28,411 nt of DNA, from NCBI GenBank assembly GCA_913020725.1, contig CAJWCD010000031.1:1-28411 (forward strand), in the 5' to 3' direction. A model generated the notes under the pieces. That model had not been told where the DNA came from, did no database searches, and saw only the letters and a program-made list of their open reading frames with translations. The stretch is from an uncultured Pseudomonadota bacterium (GTDB lineage: Bacteria; SAR324; NAC60-12). Of the stretch, positions 18,497-28,355 are shown in pieces (positions within the stretch are counted from its first letter, which is position 1; every line of letters begins with the position of its first letter). The translations under genes were made by a program, and so were the position numbers.

Positions 18497-20458
18497 TCAA
18501 TCGTACTTGCGAGGACGCGCGGCAATCAGCGAGGCATCCACGGGTTCGTAAGTGATTTCCGGACCCCCACTGGAGTAGTAGCTGTCAGAGCCATTGGATT
18601 GATAAGTGGCGATGGTCGACTTGAGCCACTGCTTATTGTTTGCCTCGAAGCGCTCCATGTAGCTGAGATGATCCGGAGCAAAGTATCCCGTCTTCACCCC
18701 GCCATTGGCCTTCATGTCCTCGTACTCCAAGTAGTTCTCTGGCTTGAAGTCACTCGGCTGGTTGAGGTCAAACTCCGGCTTGTAGTGCGCGCCCCGAAAT
18801 TCGTCACGGAGCAAGGCTCCCTTGGTGATCACCTTGGAAAGCTGGATCATGTTCCAGAGCTGGTTGATGAAGCTCGGCACCGGATTCGTCCAGTCCTTGG
18901 TGTCCACGCAATTCACGTTGTGCCAGCGTTGCTCAATGGCCTCGATGGCTTCGAGGGTCGAGATCAGTTTGCTGTTCTCCCGGACGATGAGGACGTTGGA
19001 GATCATTTCGTTGGCGAGCTCAGCGTGCAGGGCGTAAGGATTTTCGTTGCCTGCCATCTTGCGGATTCCGGAGACACGCTCCTGCCACTGCCGAGTGGCT
19101 TGATCAAACACACTCTGCGGCAAATCTTCAGCGGATTCCGGAAGGTTCCGGAGGTGGTTGACGACTCCCGGCCCCATCATCAACCCAGTGTAGATGCAAC
19201 TCAGCAGCGAGTTCGCCCCCAGCCGATTCGCGCCGTGGTACTGGTAATCGGCTTCCCCGGCGGCGTAGAGTCCGGGGATGGAAGTCATCTGGTTGCGGGG
19301 CGAAAGGTGGTTGATGAAGCCCTCGGCGGTGCGCTCAAAATCCGTCCAGATGCCGCCCATCGAGTAGTGGACCGCCGGAAAGATTTCCATCGGCTCTTCC
19401 CTCGGATCAACGCCAGTGAACTTTTCGTAGATTTCGAGGATACCGCCCAAGCGGCGGTCGAGGAATTCACGGGTGAGGTGCGTGAGGTCGAGGTACACCT
19501 TGAGATCACCGTGGACACCAAGCCCCTCGTTGACGCAGATATCGTAGATTTCACGGGCACCCACATCACGGGGCACGAGGTTGCCAAAGAGCGGGTAGCG
19601 CTCCTCAAGGAAGTAAAAGCGCTCGTCCTCCGGAATCTGCCGGGCGGGGCGATTGTCTCCAGCTTGACGCGGCACCCAAACACGTCCACCTTCACCGCGA
19701 GCGGATTCGCTCATCAGGCGCAGCTTGTCTCGTCCCGGAATTGCCGATGGGTGGATTTGAATGAATTCGCCGTTGCCGTACTTCGCACCTTGCAGGTAAG
19801 CGGACATCGTCGCCGTACCGGTGCAGACCACGGAATTGGTGGAACGTCCGTACACCACCCCAGGACCACCCGTGGCAAGGACCACCGCATCGCCGCGCTC
19901 CGACCGAATTTCCCCGGTACGCAGATTTTGGATGACGGCTCCCACACAATGCCCCTCATCGTTGAGGACGGCTCCGAGATATTCGTGCCACTCTTGCTTC
20001 TCGACTAAACCCTCGACTTCGTACTTCCGCACCTGTTCATCCAATGCATAGAGCAATTGCTGCCCGGTGGTTGCCCCGGAAAAAGCAGTACGGTGGTGCA
20101 AGGTGCCCCCGAAGCGCCGGAAATCGAGATTGCCTTCGACCGTGCGGTTGAAAGGCACCCCGAGGCGATCCAGCAGGTAGATGATGAAGGGGGCGTGGTA
20201 GCACATGTCCTTGCACAACGGTTGGTTGCCCAAGAAATCACCCCCCTTCACGGTGTCGTAGAAGTGGATGTCCGGAGAATCGCCCTCGCCTTTGATGTTG
20301 ACCGCGCCGTTGATGCCGCCTTGCGCACAAACGGAGTGGGAGCGTTTGACGGGCAAAAAGGACACCAGCAACACCGGGGTGCCCTGCTCGGCGATTTTCA
20401 TGGTCGCGGCTAGTCCGGCCAATCCTCCGCCGATCATAATCACTCGTTGCTTGCTCAT
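18497..20458 (-). CDS. sdhA: Succinate dehydrogenase flavoprotein subunit
   Basis: GGGLAG, RSHSVCAQGG (covalent FAD His), QIHP, SESARGEGG, HYSMGG, HGANRLGANSL and RGAHY motifs. Confidence 0.97.
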   Translation of the reverse strand: MSKQRVIMIGGGLAGLAATMKIAEQGTPVLLVSFLPVKRSHSVCAQGGINGAVNIKGEGDSPDIHFYDTVKGGDFLGNQPLCKDMCYHAPFIIYLLDRLGVPFNRTVEGNLDFRRFGGTLHHRTAFSGATTGQQLLYALDEQVRKYEVEGLVEKQEWHEYLGAVLNDEGHCVGAVIQNLRTGEIRSERGDAVVLATGGPGVVYGRSTNSVVCTGTATMSAYLQGAKYGNGEFIQIHPSAIPGRDKLRLMSESARGEGGRVWVPRQAGDNRPARQIPEDERFYFLEERYPLFGNLVPRDVGAREIYDICVNEGLGVHGDLKVYLDLTHLTREFLDRRLGGILEIYEKFTGVDPREEPMEIFPAVHYSMGGIWTDFERTAEGFINHLSPRNQMTSIPGLYAAGEADYQYHGANRLGANSLLSCIYTGLMMGPGVVNHLRNLPESAEDLPQSVFDQATRQWQERVSGIRKMAGNENPYALHAELANEMISNVLIVRENSKLISTLEAIEAIEQRWHNVNCVDTKDWTNPVPSFINQLWNMIQLSKVITKGALLRDEFRGAHYKPEFDLNQPSDFKPENYLEYEDMKANGGVKTGYFAPDHLSYMERFEANNKQWLKSTIATYQSNGSDSYYSSGGPEITYEPVDASLIAARPRKYD

Positions 20459-20682
20459 GGGTTCACTCCTATGGTCCGTTCGCTCTCAACTCCAGCAAAA
20501 TCCTTGTGTTTCTGTGCGAGTTTCAATTTATGCTCCCGGAAGGAACATGCGGAACATCGCCGCAATCATCAGGCAGGTTTGCAAAAATATATATTCCAGT
20601 GAGCCACCACTTCATAGTTCCTGTTTTGATTTCAGCGATTTTCACTATGCCTTGCTTCAACTTCTTTGATTGGACTCCCGGA

Positions 20683-21324
20683 TCACCAAAGGGCGCTGAG
20701 CGCATAGAAGGTGCTGGCCGAGAGCAGGAGGAATATGAGCATACTGAAGATGCGCACCCGAAACTGTCCTTTGGAGGTGAGGGCAATGCCCCACGTCATG
20801 CAGAAAGTATTGATGCCGTTGGCCAAGTGGAAGGTCGCACCGAATACCCCAAGGACGTAGACCGCCTTGGTGACCAGTCCGGTTTCCGGATCACCAAAGC
20901 CAGTAACCAGATGTCCATAATGGTCATTCGCACACTCGGTAAGGCAAAGCATTCCGCCCTCTGCCAAGGCAGGAACGAGCTTGGCGTTCCAGAGATGCCC
21001 AAGCATGAAGAGAAACACCCCCACACCGCTGACGCGCTGAAGCCAGTAAAGGGCATGGGCAAAGTACTGATACTGCGGCTGGACATGTGCCTCAACGCTC
21101 AGACGCAGACCAAGGATAGAATGGTAGAGTAGCGGGAGGTAAACAAAGAGGATGAGGATCCAGACTGCGAGCGGGCTGTCGTAGAAGCTGTTGACGCGCT
21201 CGTTGTACTCCGACGCTCCGGAATGCAGGTAGAACTGGAGATAGAGATGGTAAACGAGGAAAAGCCCCACCGGAATGATGCCGGTGATGCTGTGAATCCT
21301 GCGGTGAAGAAAAGACGAGTCCAT
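20683..21324 (-). CDS. sdhC: Succinate dehydrogenase cytochrome b558 subunit (single five-TM diheme anchor)
   Basis: RRIHSITGIIPVG, YHLY, YHSILG, QRVSG..GHL and FHLANG..TWGI motifs. ATG at 21324 (the ORF begins at TTG 21345). Confidence 0.92.
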   Translation of the reverse strand: MDSSFLHRRIHSITGIIPVGLFLVYHLYLQFYLHSGASEYNERVNSFYDSPLAVWILILFVYLPLLYHSILGLRLSVEAHVQPQYQYFAHALYWLQRVSGVGVFLFMLGHLWNAKLVPALAEGGMLCLTECANDHYGHLVTGFGDPETGLVTKAVYVLGVFGATFHLANGINTFCMTWGIALTSKGQFRVRIFSMLIFLLLSASTFYALSALW

Positions 21325-21437
21325 CGAGTATGCTTCCGGTGTCAAATAAGATCAGGTTAATCACCAGTCAAAACGTTAGAAAAACGCTTGGAGAAAGTCA
21401 ATCCGAATCCTGTTTTCCGACTCCGGATGCTCCGGAC

Positions 21438-21722
21438 TCAGGCCATTTCGGCGGCAGGGGCACTGAGTTTTCCCAGTGCTTGCGAGAGCCGAGACTTGTA
21501 GCGGGAGGCGGTGTTGCGGTGCAGAATGCCTTTGGTCACCATCTTGTCGATGGTTTTTTGGACCTTGGGATAGGCTTCCGAGGCAACGCCGGCATCGCCT
21601 TGCTCCAGCAGGGTGCGATACTTCTTGATTGCGGTCCTCATACTGGAGCGCAGAGTGCGGTTGCGCGCCGTGCGCTTGATGGTCTGACGGATGCGTTTTT
21701 TCGCAGACTTATGGTATGCCAT
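21438..21722 (-). CDS. rpsT: 30S ribosomal protein S20
   Basis: MAYHKSAKKRIRQ...KGILHRNTASRYKSRL. Confidence 0.97.
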   Translation of the reverse strand: MAYHKSAKKRIRQTIKRTARNRTLRSSMRTAIKKYRTLLEQGDAGVASEAYPKVQKTIDKMVTKGILHRNTASRYKSRLSQALGKLSAPAAEMA

Positions 21723-21773
21723 TGTGTTCGGGCGTTTGGGTTGAAGTGCCCTCTGGGTTTTCCAGAGCGGTGT

Positions 21774-22130
21774 TCAAAAAGCGTTGGGCAGGTGTTCGAT
21801 GGTGAACGACTCGTCCTGCGCCTGATGCACTGCAATCACGTCAAAGCGCGGTTGCAGGTGTTCCAGATGATGCCTGCTGAGGTAGTACAACCCCAACTGG
21901 CGCAGCTTGCGCTGTTTGCGCTGCGTGACGGACAGGAACGGATGCGGCCCGCCCTCACGGCGCGTTTTCACTTCGCAGAAGACGAGCTGCTCGCCGTCCC
22001 GTGCGATGATGTCAATTTCTCCTAGCCGACAACGGAAGTTCCGCTCCAGCACGATCAAGCCCTGCTGGGCGAGGTGTTCGTCGGCGGCCTGCTCTCCAGA
22101 AGCACCGAGACTCTGCCGGGCTTTCGTCAC
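21774..22130 (-). CDS. yraN: YraN/UPF0102 family predicted endonuclease
   Basis: G..GEQAA, ERNFRCRLGEIDIIA, VFCEVKTR and RFDVIAV. GTG at 22130 overlaps the rnhB TGA. Confidence 0.92.
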   Translation of the reverse strand: MTKARQSLGASGEQAADEHLAQQGLIVLERNFRCRLGEIDIIARDGEQLVFCEVKTRREGGPHPFLSVTQRKQRKLRQLGLYYLSRHHLEHLQPRFDVIAVHQAQDESFTIEHLPNAF

Positions 22131-22789
22131 AGCAAATCCAATTGCTTCGGTCGCGGCTTCCATCGAAACGTGCGGCGGTGGATCGGGCTGAGTCCGTGTC
22201 GCTGGATCGCCTCGCGATGTTTTGGTGTCGGGTAGCCGAAGTGCTGCTCAAAGCCCCATTCCGGATACCTCCGTCCGTACACCCGCATGATGCGGTCCCG
22301 TGCGACCTTCGCCAAAATCGAGGCGGCGGCAATGCTGCACGAGAGCGAGTCGCCCTTCACCACCGCTGCTCCCGGAATGCCCATTGTCGGAAAGCGGTTA
22401 CCGTCTACCAAGGCGTAGTCCGCCGGGGTTCGCAACTCCCGAAGCGCACGCGTCATGCCGTCCAGTGTGGCCCGCAGAATGTTCGACTCGTCAATCGCCT
22501 TGGGCGAGACGGCGATGATGCGACACGCCTGCGCCTGCTTGCGAATGATTGGAAACAGTCGCTCGCGCTCTGCTCCCGGAATCCGTTTGGAATCCTGAAG
22601 CGGATGGTTTATGTCCCAGTCTGGGCCTAAGATTACCGCAGCGACGACCACCGGACCAGCGAGCGGTCCGCGCCCAGCCTCATCGAGTCCGGCGATATTC
22701 CGGAAGCCTTGGGCTTGAGCTACCGACTCAAGCTGAAGACTTGGCCAGTCGGCTGTTGAGTCGTTCTTTGATACGGGCGGCCTTGCCAT
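22127..22789 (-). CDS. rnhB: Ribonuclease HII
   Basis: [45 protein letters not shown] and HRRTF motifs. Confidence 0.97.
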   Translation of the reverse strand: MARPPVSKNDSTADWPSLQLESVAQAQGFRNIAGLDEAGRGPLAGPVVVAAVILGPDWDINHPLQDSKRIPGAERERLFPIIRKQAQACRIIAVSPKAIDESNILRATLDGMTRALRELRTPADYALVDGNRFPTMGIPGAAVVKGDSLSCSIAAASILAKVARDRIMRVYGRRYPEWGFEQHFGYPTPKHREAIQRHGLSPIHRRTFRWKPRPKQLDLL

Positions 22790-23111
22790 GACGCTCCCGG
22801 AGGTAGTAGAGCTTGGCCTGACGCACCCGGCCTTCCTTCAGCACAACGAGGCTTTCGATGCGCGGTGAGTGACGCGGGAAGATGCGCTCCACTCCGTGCC
22901 CCCCTTGCGCGGTCTTGCGAACCGTGAAGGTCGCTTTGTTGTTGTTGAGCCCGCAGTGCATACCAATGACCACGCCTTCGTAAGCCTGAATGCGTTCCTT
23001 GTTGCCTTCGGTGATGCGGTAGTTCACCCGCACGGTACAGCCCACTCTAAAGTCGGGCAGGGGGTTCTCGCGGAGTTGTGAACGCTCCACCTTTTCCATC
23101 AGCGTTGCCAT
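22728..23111 (-). CDS. rplS: 50S ribosomal protein L19
   Basis: [22 protein letters not shown] and [10 protein letters not shown] motifs. Confidence 0.97.
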   Translation of the reverse strand: MATLMEKVERSQLRENPLPDFRVGCTVRVNYRITEGNKERIQAYEGVVIGMHCGLNNNKATFTVRKTAQGGHGVERIFPRHSPRIESLVVLKEGRVRQAKLYYLRERHGKAARIKERLNSRLAKSSA

Positions 23112-23124
23112 TGACCCTCTAAAC

Positions 23125-23820
23125 TCATGAAGTTTTTAACAAATCCGGACGTCGTTGTGCGGTCCGTTCCTGCGCCTGTGTACGGCGCCATTCTGCAATC
23201 TGCCCGTGGTGCCCGGAGAGCAGCACCTCCGGGACGGCCATGCCCTCGAAAAGCGGGGGCCGCGTGTACTGCGGATGCTCCAGCCGGGCTTCGGAAAACG
23301 ACTCTTCCCGCGAGGACTCCGCATTGCCCAGCACTCCGGGCAGCAGCCGTGTGATCGCTTCGATCATCGTCATTGCGATCACCTCCCCGCCGAAGCAGAT
23401 GAAATCGCCCCCGGAAATTTCCTCGTCAACGAGGGAGCGAATGCGTTCGTCAAAGCCCTCGTAGCGTCCGCAAACGAGGATGAGTGCATCTTCGCTTTCG
23501 CTCAACTCGTTAACCGTTTCCTGCCGAAAGGGTTTTCCCTGCGGCGTGAGCAAAAGTTTCCGGACACCCCGGCCTGCGTTACGATGGTGGCTCTCCCGGT
23601 TGTGCAGCGCTTGCCAAATCGGCTCAATGCGCAGCAGCATCCCCGGACCACCGCCATACGGCTCATCGTCCACCTGCTTGTGTTTGCCGAGTCCGTATTC
23701 CCGGAAATCGCAGAGGTGAACCGCTACATGCTGTTCCCGGACCGCCTTGCCCAGCAGCCCTATTTCTAAAAAAGGGCCAAAAAGCTGCGGAAAGAGCGTC
23801 AGGATGTCGAGTTGCAACAT
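23125..23820 (-). CDS. trmD: tRNA (guanine37-N1)-methyltransferase
   Basis: [29 protein letters not shown] and LEHPQYTRP. True start is the ATG at 23820. Confidence 0.97.
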   Translation of the reverse strand: MLQLDILTLFPQLFGPFLEIGLLGKAVREQHVAVHLCDFREYGLGKHKQVDDEPYGGGPGMLLRIEPIWQALHNRESHHRNAGRGVRKLLLTPQGKPFRQETVNELSESEDALILVCGRYEGFDERIRSLVDEEISGGDFICFGGEVIAMTMIEAITRLLPGVLGNAESSREESFSEARLEHPQYTRPPLFEGMAVPEVLLSGHHGQIAEWRRTQAQERTAQRRPDLLKTS

Positions 23821-23824
23821 CGGC

Positions 23825-24376
23825 TCACTTTCCCAACTCTTCGTCCAAGAGTCCCGAAATTGGGTCGATGACCACTTTCTGTGCCTCCGTGTCCACACTG
23901 ATGACAATGTGGGGTACGACCGGAACAAGAAAGGTCCGGCCTTCATGCCGCACCTCATACACGTCGTTGGCTCCCGTTTCGACAACCTGGAAAATGGTGC
24001 CCAACGGCTCACCCGTGGTTGATTCCACCTGGCAGCCTTGAATCCGGTGCTGAAAGTGTTCTCCCGGAGCCAGTGGCTTGAGTTGTTCATCTGGAAGCAG
24101 CAGGCGTGCGCTTTTGAATGCCTCTGCCTCCACACGGGAAGTGACACCTGCAAAGGCCACCAGCCACTGCCCTTTCTGGAAGTGCATCTCCTCTACGTCG
24201 AAGTGGTTCAGGCTGGTTGCCGTTTCCACAAAAAACGCTGGAGTCTCCAGATAGTATTCCGGATCATCTGTTTCGGGCCGCACCTTGATCTCCCCCTGCA
24301 TCCCGTACGCACCGAGAACGGTGCCGAGCCAAGTGAGGTCAGGGTAGTCGCGGATCTGACGTGGTGCTCCAGACAC
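23825..24376 (-). CDS. rimM: 16S rRNA processing protein RimM
   Basis: G...GAYGMQGEIKV and ETGANDVY PRC barrel, in the conserved position between rpsP and trmD. Confidence 0.93.
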   Translation of the reverse strand: MSGAPRQIRDYPDLTWLGTVLGAYGMQGEIKVRPETDDPEYYLETPAFFVETATSLNHFDVEEMHFQKGQWLVAFAGVTSRVEAEAFKSARLLLPDEQLKPLAPGEHFQHRIQGCQVESTTGEPLGTIFQVVETGANDVYEVRHEGRTFLVPVVPHIVISVDTEAQKVVIDPISGLLDEELGK

Positions 24377-24381
24377 GAGAC

Positions 24382-24621
24382 CTACAGGATCTCGGCTTTC
24401 TCCATCAGCTTGCGGACACGCTCCGTCGGCTGTGCTCCAACAGAGAGCCAGTGTTTGACACGTTCGCTGTCAATCCCGAAGCGGTTTTCCTGCACCATCG
24501 GGTTGTAGAACCCAATGCGCTCAATGAAGCGGCCATCGCGTTTCTTGTGCGAGTCCGCAACGACGATACGGTAGTAGGGACGCTTCTTGACCCCACCTCG
24601 GGCGAGTCGGATTTTGACCAT
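24382..24621 (-). CDS. rpsP: 30S ribosomal protein S16
   Basis: [22 protein letters not shown]...GAQPT. Confidence 0.98.
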   Translation of the reverse strand: MVKIRLARGGVKKRPYYRIVVADSHKKRDGRFIERIGFYNPMVQENRFGIDSERVKHWLSVGAQPTERVRKLMEKAEIL

Positions 24622-24652
24622 AGTTTGTGCTACTGTGTTGTTGTTCTCAGGT

Positions 24653-25993
24653 TCAGTGCTGCATCATGCCTTGCATGACGCGCATGGCCCGGCCCGGATC
24701 ACGGACACGGGAGAGTTTGCCCATCATTTTGCGCATTTGCGCAAATTGCTTGAGCAGCCGGTTGATCTCGCTGACCTGCCGTCCGCTGCCCTTGGCAATG
24801 CGTGACCGCCGCGAACCGTTGATGAGCTGCGGTTTGCGGCGTTCCTTGGGCGTCATCGAGGAAATGATCGCCTCGATGTGAACGAGCTGGCGGTTGTCGA
24901 GATTCACCTGCTTGAGCATGGAAGCATCCATCCCCGGCAGCATGCCGAGGAGATCCTTCACGGAACCCATCTTGCGCATCGAGCGCAACTGGTCCCGGAA
25001 ATCGTCGAGGTCGAACTCGTTGCGACGCAGCTTCTGCTGCACCTGCAACGCTTCCTTCTCGCTGTAGTTCGTCTCGACCTTCTCGATCAACGAGAGCAGG
25101 TCGCCCATGCCGAGAATGCGTGAGGCGATTCGTTCCGGATGGAACGCCTCTAGCGCATCGAGTTTTTCTCCGACCGTGACAAACTTGACCGGCTTCTGCG
25201 TGATCGCTCGGATCGAAAGCGCCGCGCCGCCTCGGGCATCACCGTCCATCTTGGTGAGCACGATCCCGGAAAGGTCGAGCCGATCATTGAAGCCGCGAGC
25301 GACATTAACGGCTTCCTGCCCCGTCATCGCATCAGCGACAAAGAGAATCTCATGCGGCGTGATGGCCGTCTTGATGCGGGCCAGTTCCTCCATCAGCACC
25401 TCGTCGATCTGCAAGCGACCGGCGGTGTCCAAGAGGATCAGGTCCGCATCCTCGGCCTTTGCAGCTACCACGCCCTCGCGGGCGAGGTCCACGGGATCTC
25501 GATCTGTCGTGGACGGGTGACACGGCACCTCAAGCGTCCGGGCCAGCACCTGAAGCTGTTCGATCGCCGCCGGGCGGTAAATGTCCGCCGGAATCAGGTA
25601 AGGTTTGCGACCCTGCGCCTGATAATGCTTGGCGAGTTTGCCGACCGTGGAGGTTTTTCCGGAGCCTTGCAGGCCCACCAGCATCATAATCAGAGGAAAC
25701 TCCGCAGGTTCGGCGACTTCGCCGCCCTCACCGCCGAGCATTTCGGTCAGTTCCTGATTGACAATCTTGATGAACTGCTGTCCCGGCGTCAGGCTGCCCT
25801 GGACTTCTTCGCCCACGGCCCGCTCCTGCACGGCTCGTAGGAAAGCCTTGACGACCCGGAAATTAACGTCTGCCTCCAGCAGTGCCGTCTTGACTTCTCC
25901 CAGCGTTTCACGGATGTTCTCTTCGGTCATCCGTCCCTGTCCGCGCACCTTGCGGAGCGAGGAGGTTAGCTTGCTGGAGAGCGTCTCAAACAT
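24653..25993 (-). CDS. ffh: Signal recognition particle protein
   Basis: [34 protein letters not shown] and a Met-rich M domain. Confidence 0.98.
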   Translation of the reverse strand: MFETLSSKLTSSLRKVRGQGRMTEENIRETLGEVKTALLEADVNFRVVKAFLRAVQERAVGEEVQGSLTPGQQFIKIVNQELTEMLGGEGGEVAEPAEFPLIMMLVGLQGSGKTSTVGKLAKHYQAQGRKPYLIPADIYRPAAIEQLQVLARTLEVPCHPSTTDRDPVDLAREGVVAAKAEDADLILLDTAGRLQIDEVLMEELARIKTAITPHEILFVADAMTGQEAVNVARGFNDRLDLSGIVLTKMDGDARGGAALSIRAITQKPVKFVTVGEKLDALEAFHPERIASRILGMGDLLSLIEKVETNYSEKEALQVQQKLRRNEFDLDDFRDQLRSMRKMGSVKDLLGMLPGMDASMLKQVNLDNRQLVHIEAIISSMTPKERRKPQLINGSRRSRIAKGSGRQVSEINRLLKQFAQMRKMMGKLSRVRDPGRAMRVMQGMMQH

Positions 25994-26022
25994 GAACTCC
26001 GGGTGAACAGGTCAAACAAACT

Positions 26023-26052
26023 ATTAAAGCGGAGAAACCCCTATGCTGTCAA
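26023..26052 (-). promoter_or_regulatory. Sigma70 promoter of the ffh-rpsP-rimM-trmD-rplS operon
   Basis: Minus strand TTGACA (26052-26047), 18-bp spacer, TTTAAT (26028-26023), 29 nt upstream of the ffh ATG. Confidence 0.65.
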
Positions 26053-26158
26053 GCCGTTTTAGCGTCATGCCCAATTGCTCCGTGTTGGCACACCGTTGCA
26101 GGACGGATCTCGACGGGGGGACCCACATCCGGAATCCTTTGTGACACGCCTGCTACTA

Positions 26159-26686
26159 ATGCCCCTTGAACAACTGAACGCCCTCCCGGAAGTTGGGGCT
26201 TACGCTGAGTTGTTGAAGTGCTGCGGAGCAACGCGCTGGGTTGAACAACTGCTGGCGAGGCGTCCGTTTTCCGATGTAGAAAGACTACACCAACTGGCCG
26301 ATGAAATTTGGGCGGGGATGACCGAATCGGACTGGCTGGAAGCCTTCGCCGCGCATCCGCGTATCGGAGGCAGTAAGCCTCCGGAAGTAGCAAAGGACAC
26401 CGCTTCGTGGACCTCCAAGGAGCAATCCGGAATGCAATCTGCCGATGAGTCTCTCAAGTCGAAGATGGCTGAAAAAAATGCGGAGTACGAGCAGCGCTTC
26501 GGTTTCATCTATATTGTCTGTGCCTCCGGAAAGAGCGCTCCGGAGTTGCTGGACATGCTCACTCGGCGGTTGTACTCTGACCGCGACACCGAACTCAGTA
26601 CCGCCGCCGGAGAGCAGCTCAAAATCACGCACCTGCGTTTGGACAAACTCATCAACGGAACGGCACACTCCGGTTCGTTTCAATAG
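26159..26686 (+). CDS. uraD: OHCU decarboxylase
   Basis: CC...W, RPF, EAFAAHPRIG, S.KEQSG, YEQRFGFIYIVCASG and EQLKITHLRL. Start at ATG 26159. Confidence 0.92.
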   Translation: MPLEQLNALPEVGAYAELLKCCGATRWVEQLLARRPFSDVERLHQLADEIWAGMTESDWLEAFAAHPRIGGSKPPEVAKDTASWTSKEQSGMQSADESLKSKMAEKNAEYEQRFGFIYIVCASGKSAPELLDMLTRRLYSDRDTELSTAAGEQLKITHLRLDKLINGTAHSGSFQ

Positions 26687-26764
26687 GGAACTCTTGATCC
26701 CCTGGGTCAGGCCGCTATGGTGCTTTTGTGCCCTGTGCAATCCTGGACCCCAATCGGAACCACC

Positions 26765-27961
26765 ATGCAGATCACGAAAATCACCACCCATGTCCTGAAA
26801 ACTCCCCTCGGCAAGGAACGCTTTTACTCCTCCCAAGCCGCGTTTCCGGAGCGAACCAGTCTGCTGGTGCGACTGGAAACGGACACGGGTTTGGTCGGCT
26901 GGGGCGAAGGCGGACAGTACGGCCCTCCTGAGCCAGTGGCGGCGTGCATTCACGCGGTGCTGGGTTCACAGGTGCTTGGCTCCGACCCGCGCAACCCTGC
27001 GGTGTTGTGGGAACGGCTTTACAGCATGATCCGCGATTTTGGACAGAAGGGTCCATACCTTGAGGCGATCAGCGCCATTGACATCGCCTGCTGGGATTTG
27101 CTCGGTCAGGCAACGGGGCTGCCCATCCACACACTGCTGGGAGGTGCGTTCCGGGAGTCGGTGACGGCCTACGCAACGGGCTGCTACTACCGGGGCGAGC
27201 ACGCATTTGGTGTCAGCGAGGACGCGCTGCAAGCTCTCGCGGACGAGGCCCGCTCTTACGTTGAGGATGGCTTCCGGATTCTCAAGATCAAGCTCGGTCT
27301 GCTCTCCATCGAGGCGGACGTGCGACGCATCGAGGTGATCCGCGAAGCGATTGGCCCCAATGTGACGTTGCTCGCTGATGCCAACCACGCCTACAACGTC
27401 AGTAACGCCCTGCGCGTCGGACGCGAGTTGGAGCGGCTGGACGTGCGCTGGTTTGAGGAACCGATCGTTCCGGAGGATTTGGAGGGCTACCGCCACCTGC
27501 GGCAGAAACTCGCCATTCCTATCGCAGGAGGCGAGTGTGAGTACACCCGCTACGGCTTCCGAAACCTGTTCGCACAAGGCTGCGTGGACATTGCCCAGCC
27601 GGACTTGTGCTGTGCCGGAGGTTTTTCAGAATTCCTGAAAATTCAGGCGCTGGCACTCGCACACCACACGCCTGTGATCCCGCACGTTTGGGGTTCTGGA
27701 ATCGCGCTTGCCACCGCCCTGCATGCACTCGCCGCCACTCCGTGGCAGCCTTACACCTACCTGCCCGTTGCCCTCCAAAACGAGCCGGTGGTCGAGTACG
27801 ACCGCAACCCCAACCCCCTCCGGGACGACATTCTTGAACAGCCTTTCAAGTTGGTGGAAGGCAAGGTCGCGGTACCCTCCGGACCGGGCTTGGGTGTCAT
27901 GCTCATCGGCCCCAAGCTGGACAAGTTCACCGTCACTCGGCAGGAATCGAAATCATCCTGA
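26765..27961 (+). CDS. Mandelate racemase/MLE family enzyme, D-galactarolactone cycloisomerase (Gci)-like
   Basis: GWGE, RDFGQKG, AYATG, KIK, DANH, WFEEP, AGGE, QPDLC, PHVWG, EYDRNPNP and GPGLG, resembling Agrobacterium Gci as recalled. Confidence 0.88.
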   Translation: MQITKITTHVLKTPLGKERFYSSQAAFPERTSLLVRLETDTGLVGWGEGGQYGPPEPVAACIHAVLGSQVLGSDPRNPAVLWERLYSMIRDFGQKGPYLEAISAIDIACWDLLGQATGLPIHTLLGGAFRESVTAYATGCYYRGEHAFGVSEDALQALADEARSYVEDGFRILKIKLGLLSIEADVRRIEVIREAIGPNVTLLADANHAYNVSNALRVGRELERLDVRWFEEPIVPEDLEGYRHLRQKLAIPIAGGECEYTRYGFRNLFAQGCVDIAQPDLCCAGGFSEFLKIQALALAHHTPVIPHVWGSGIALATALHALAATPWQPYTYLPVALQNEPVVEYDRNPNPLRDDILEQPFKLVEGKVAVPSGPGLGVMLIGPKLDKFTVTRQESKSS

Positions 27962-28049
27962 GAATCCCGCTTGATCTTGCAATCCGGATTGCCGACTCTT
28001 ATCCTTGCATGGTGTTCTTGCTGTTGATCAACCCCAAAAACGGAATCGT

Positions 28050-28355
28050 ATGACAGAGCCACGACTGGTGATTTGGGTGGAGTTCACACTCCAGCCCGGG
28101 ACGCGAGAGCAATTTCTGGATTCGGTGAAACGCAACGCTGCGTCCTCGGTGCAGGGCGAGCCCGGATGCCGCCGCTTTGACGTGATGGTGCCGCAGGAGG
28201 GCGAGGACACCGTCAATCTCTACGAAATCTATGATGATGAAGCCGCCTTTCAGGCACACCTCCAGACCCCACACTTTGCCGAATTCAAATCCACAGTAAC
28301 CGAGATGATCCTTGACCAAAAGATTGCCCGGCTCAACGTCTGGGAAAACGTCTGA
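28050..28355 (+). CDS. ABM-family protein (LsrG/putative quinol monooxygenase-like)
   Basis: EPGCRRFDV and LYEIYDDEAAFQAHLQTPHF motifs. Confidence 0.9.
   Translation: MTEPRLVIWVEFTLQPGTREQFLDSVKRNAASSVQGEPGCRRFDVMVPQEGEDTVNLYEIYDDEAAFQAHLQTPHFAEFKSTVTEMILDQKIARLNVWENV

Noticed and set aside
17741..20008. 755-aa plus-strand ORF
   Set aside because: Antisense shadow of sdhA/sdhB with no recognisable motifs, as expected from GC-rich codon bias.
23821..24153. Apparent 111-aa N-terminal extension of TrmD
   Set aside because: It overlaps rimM in another frame, and TrmD homology starts at the ATG at 23820.
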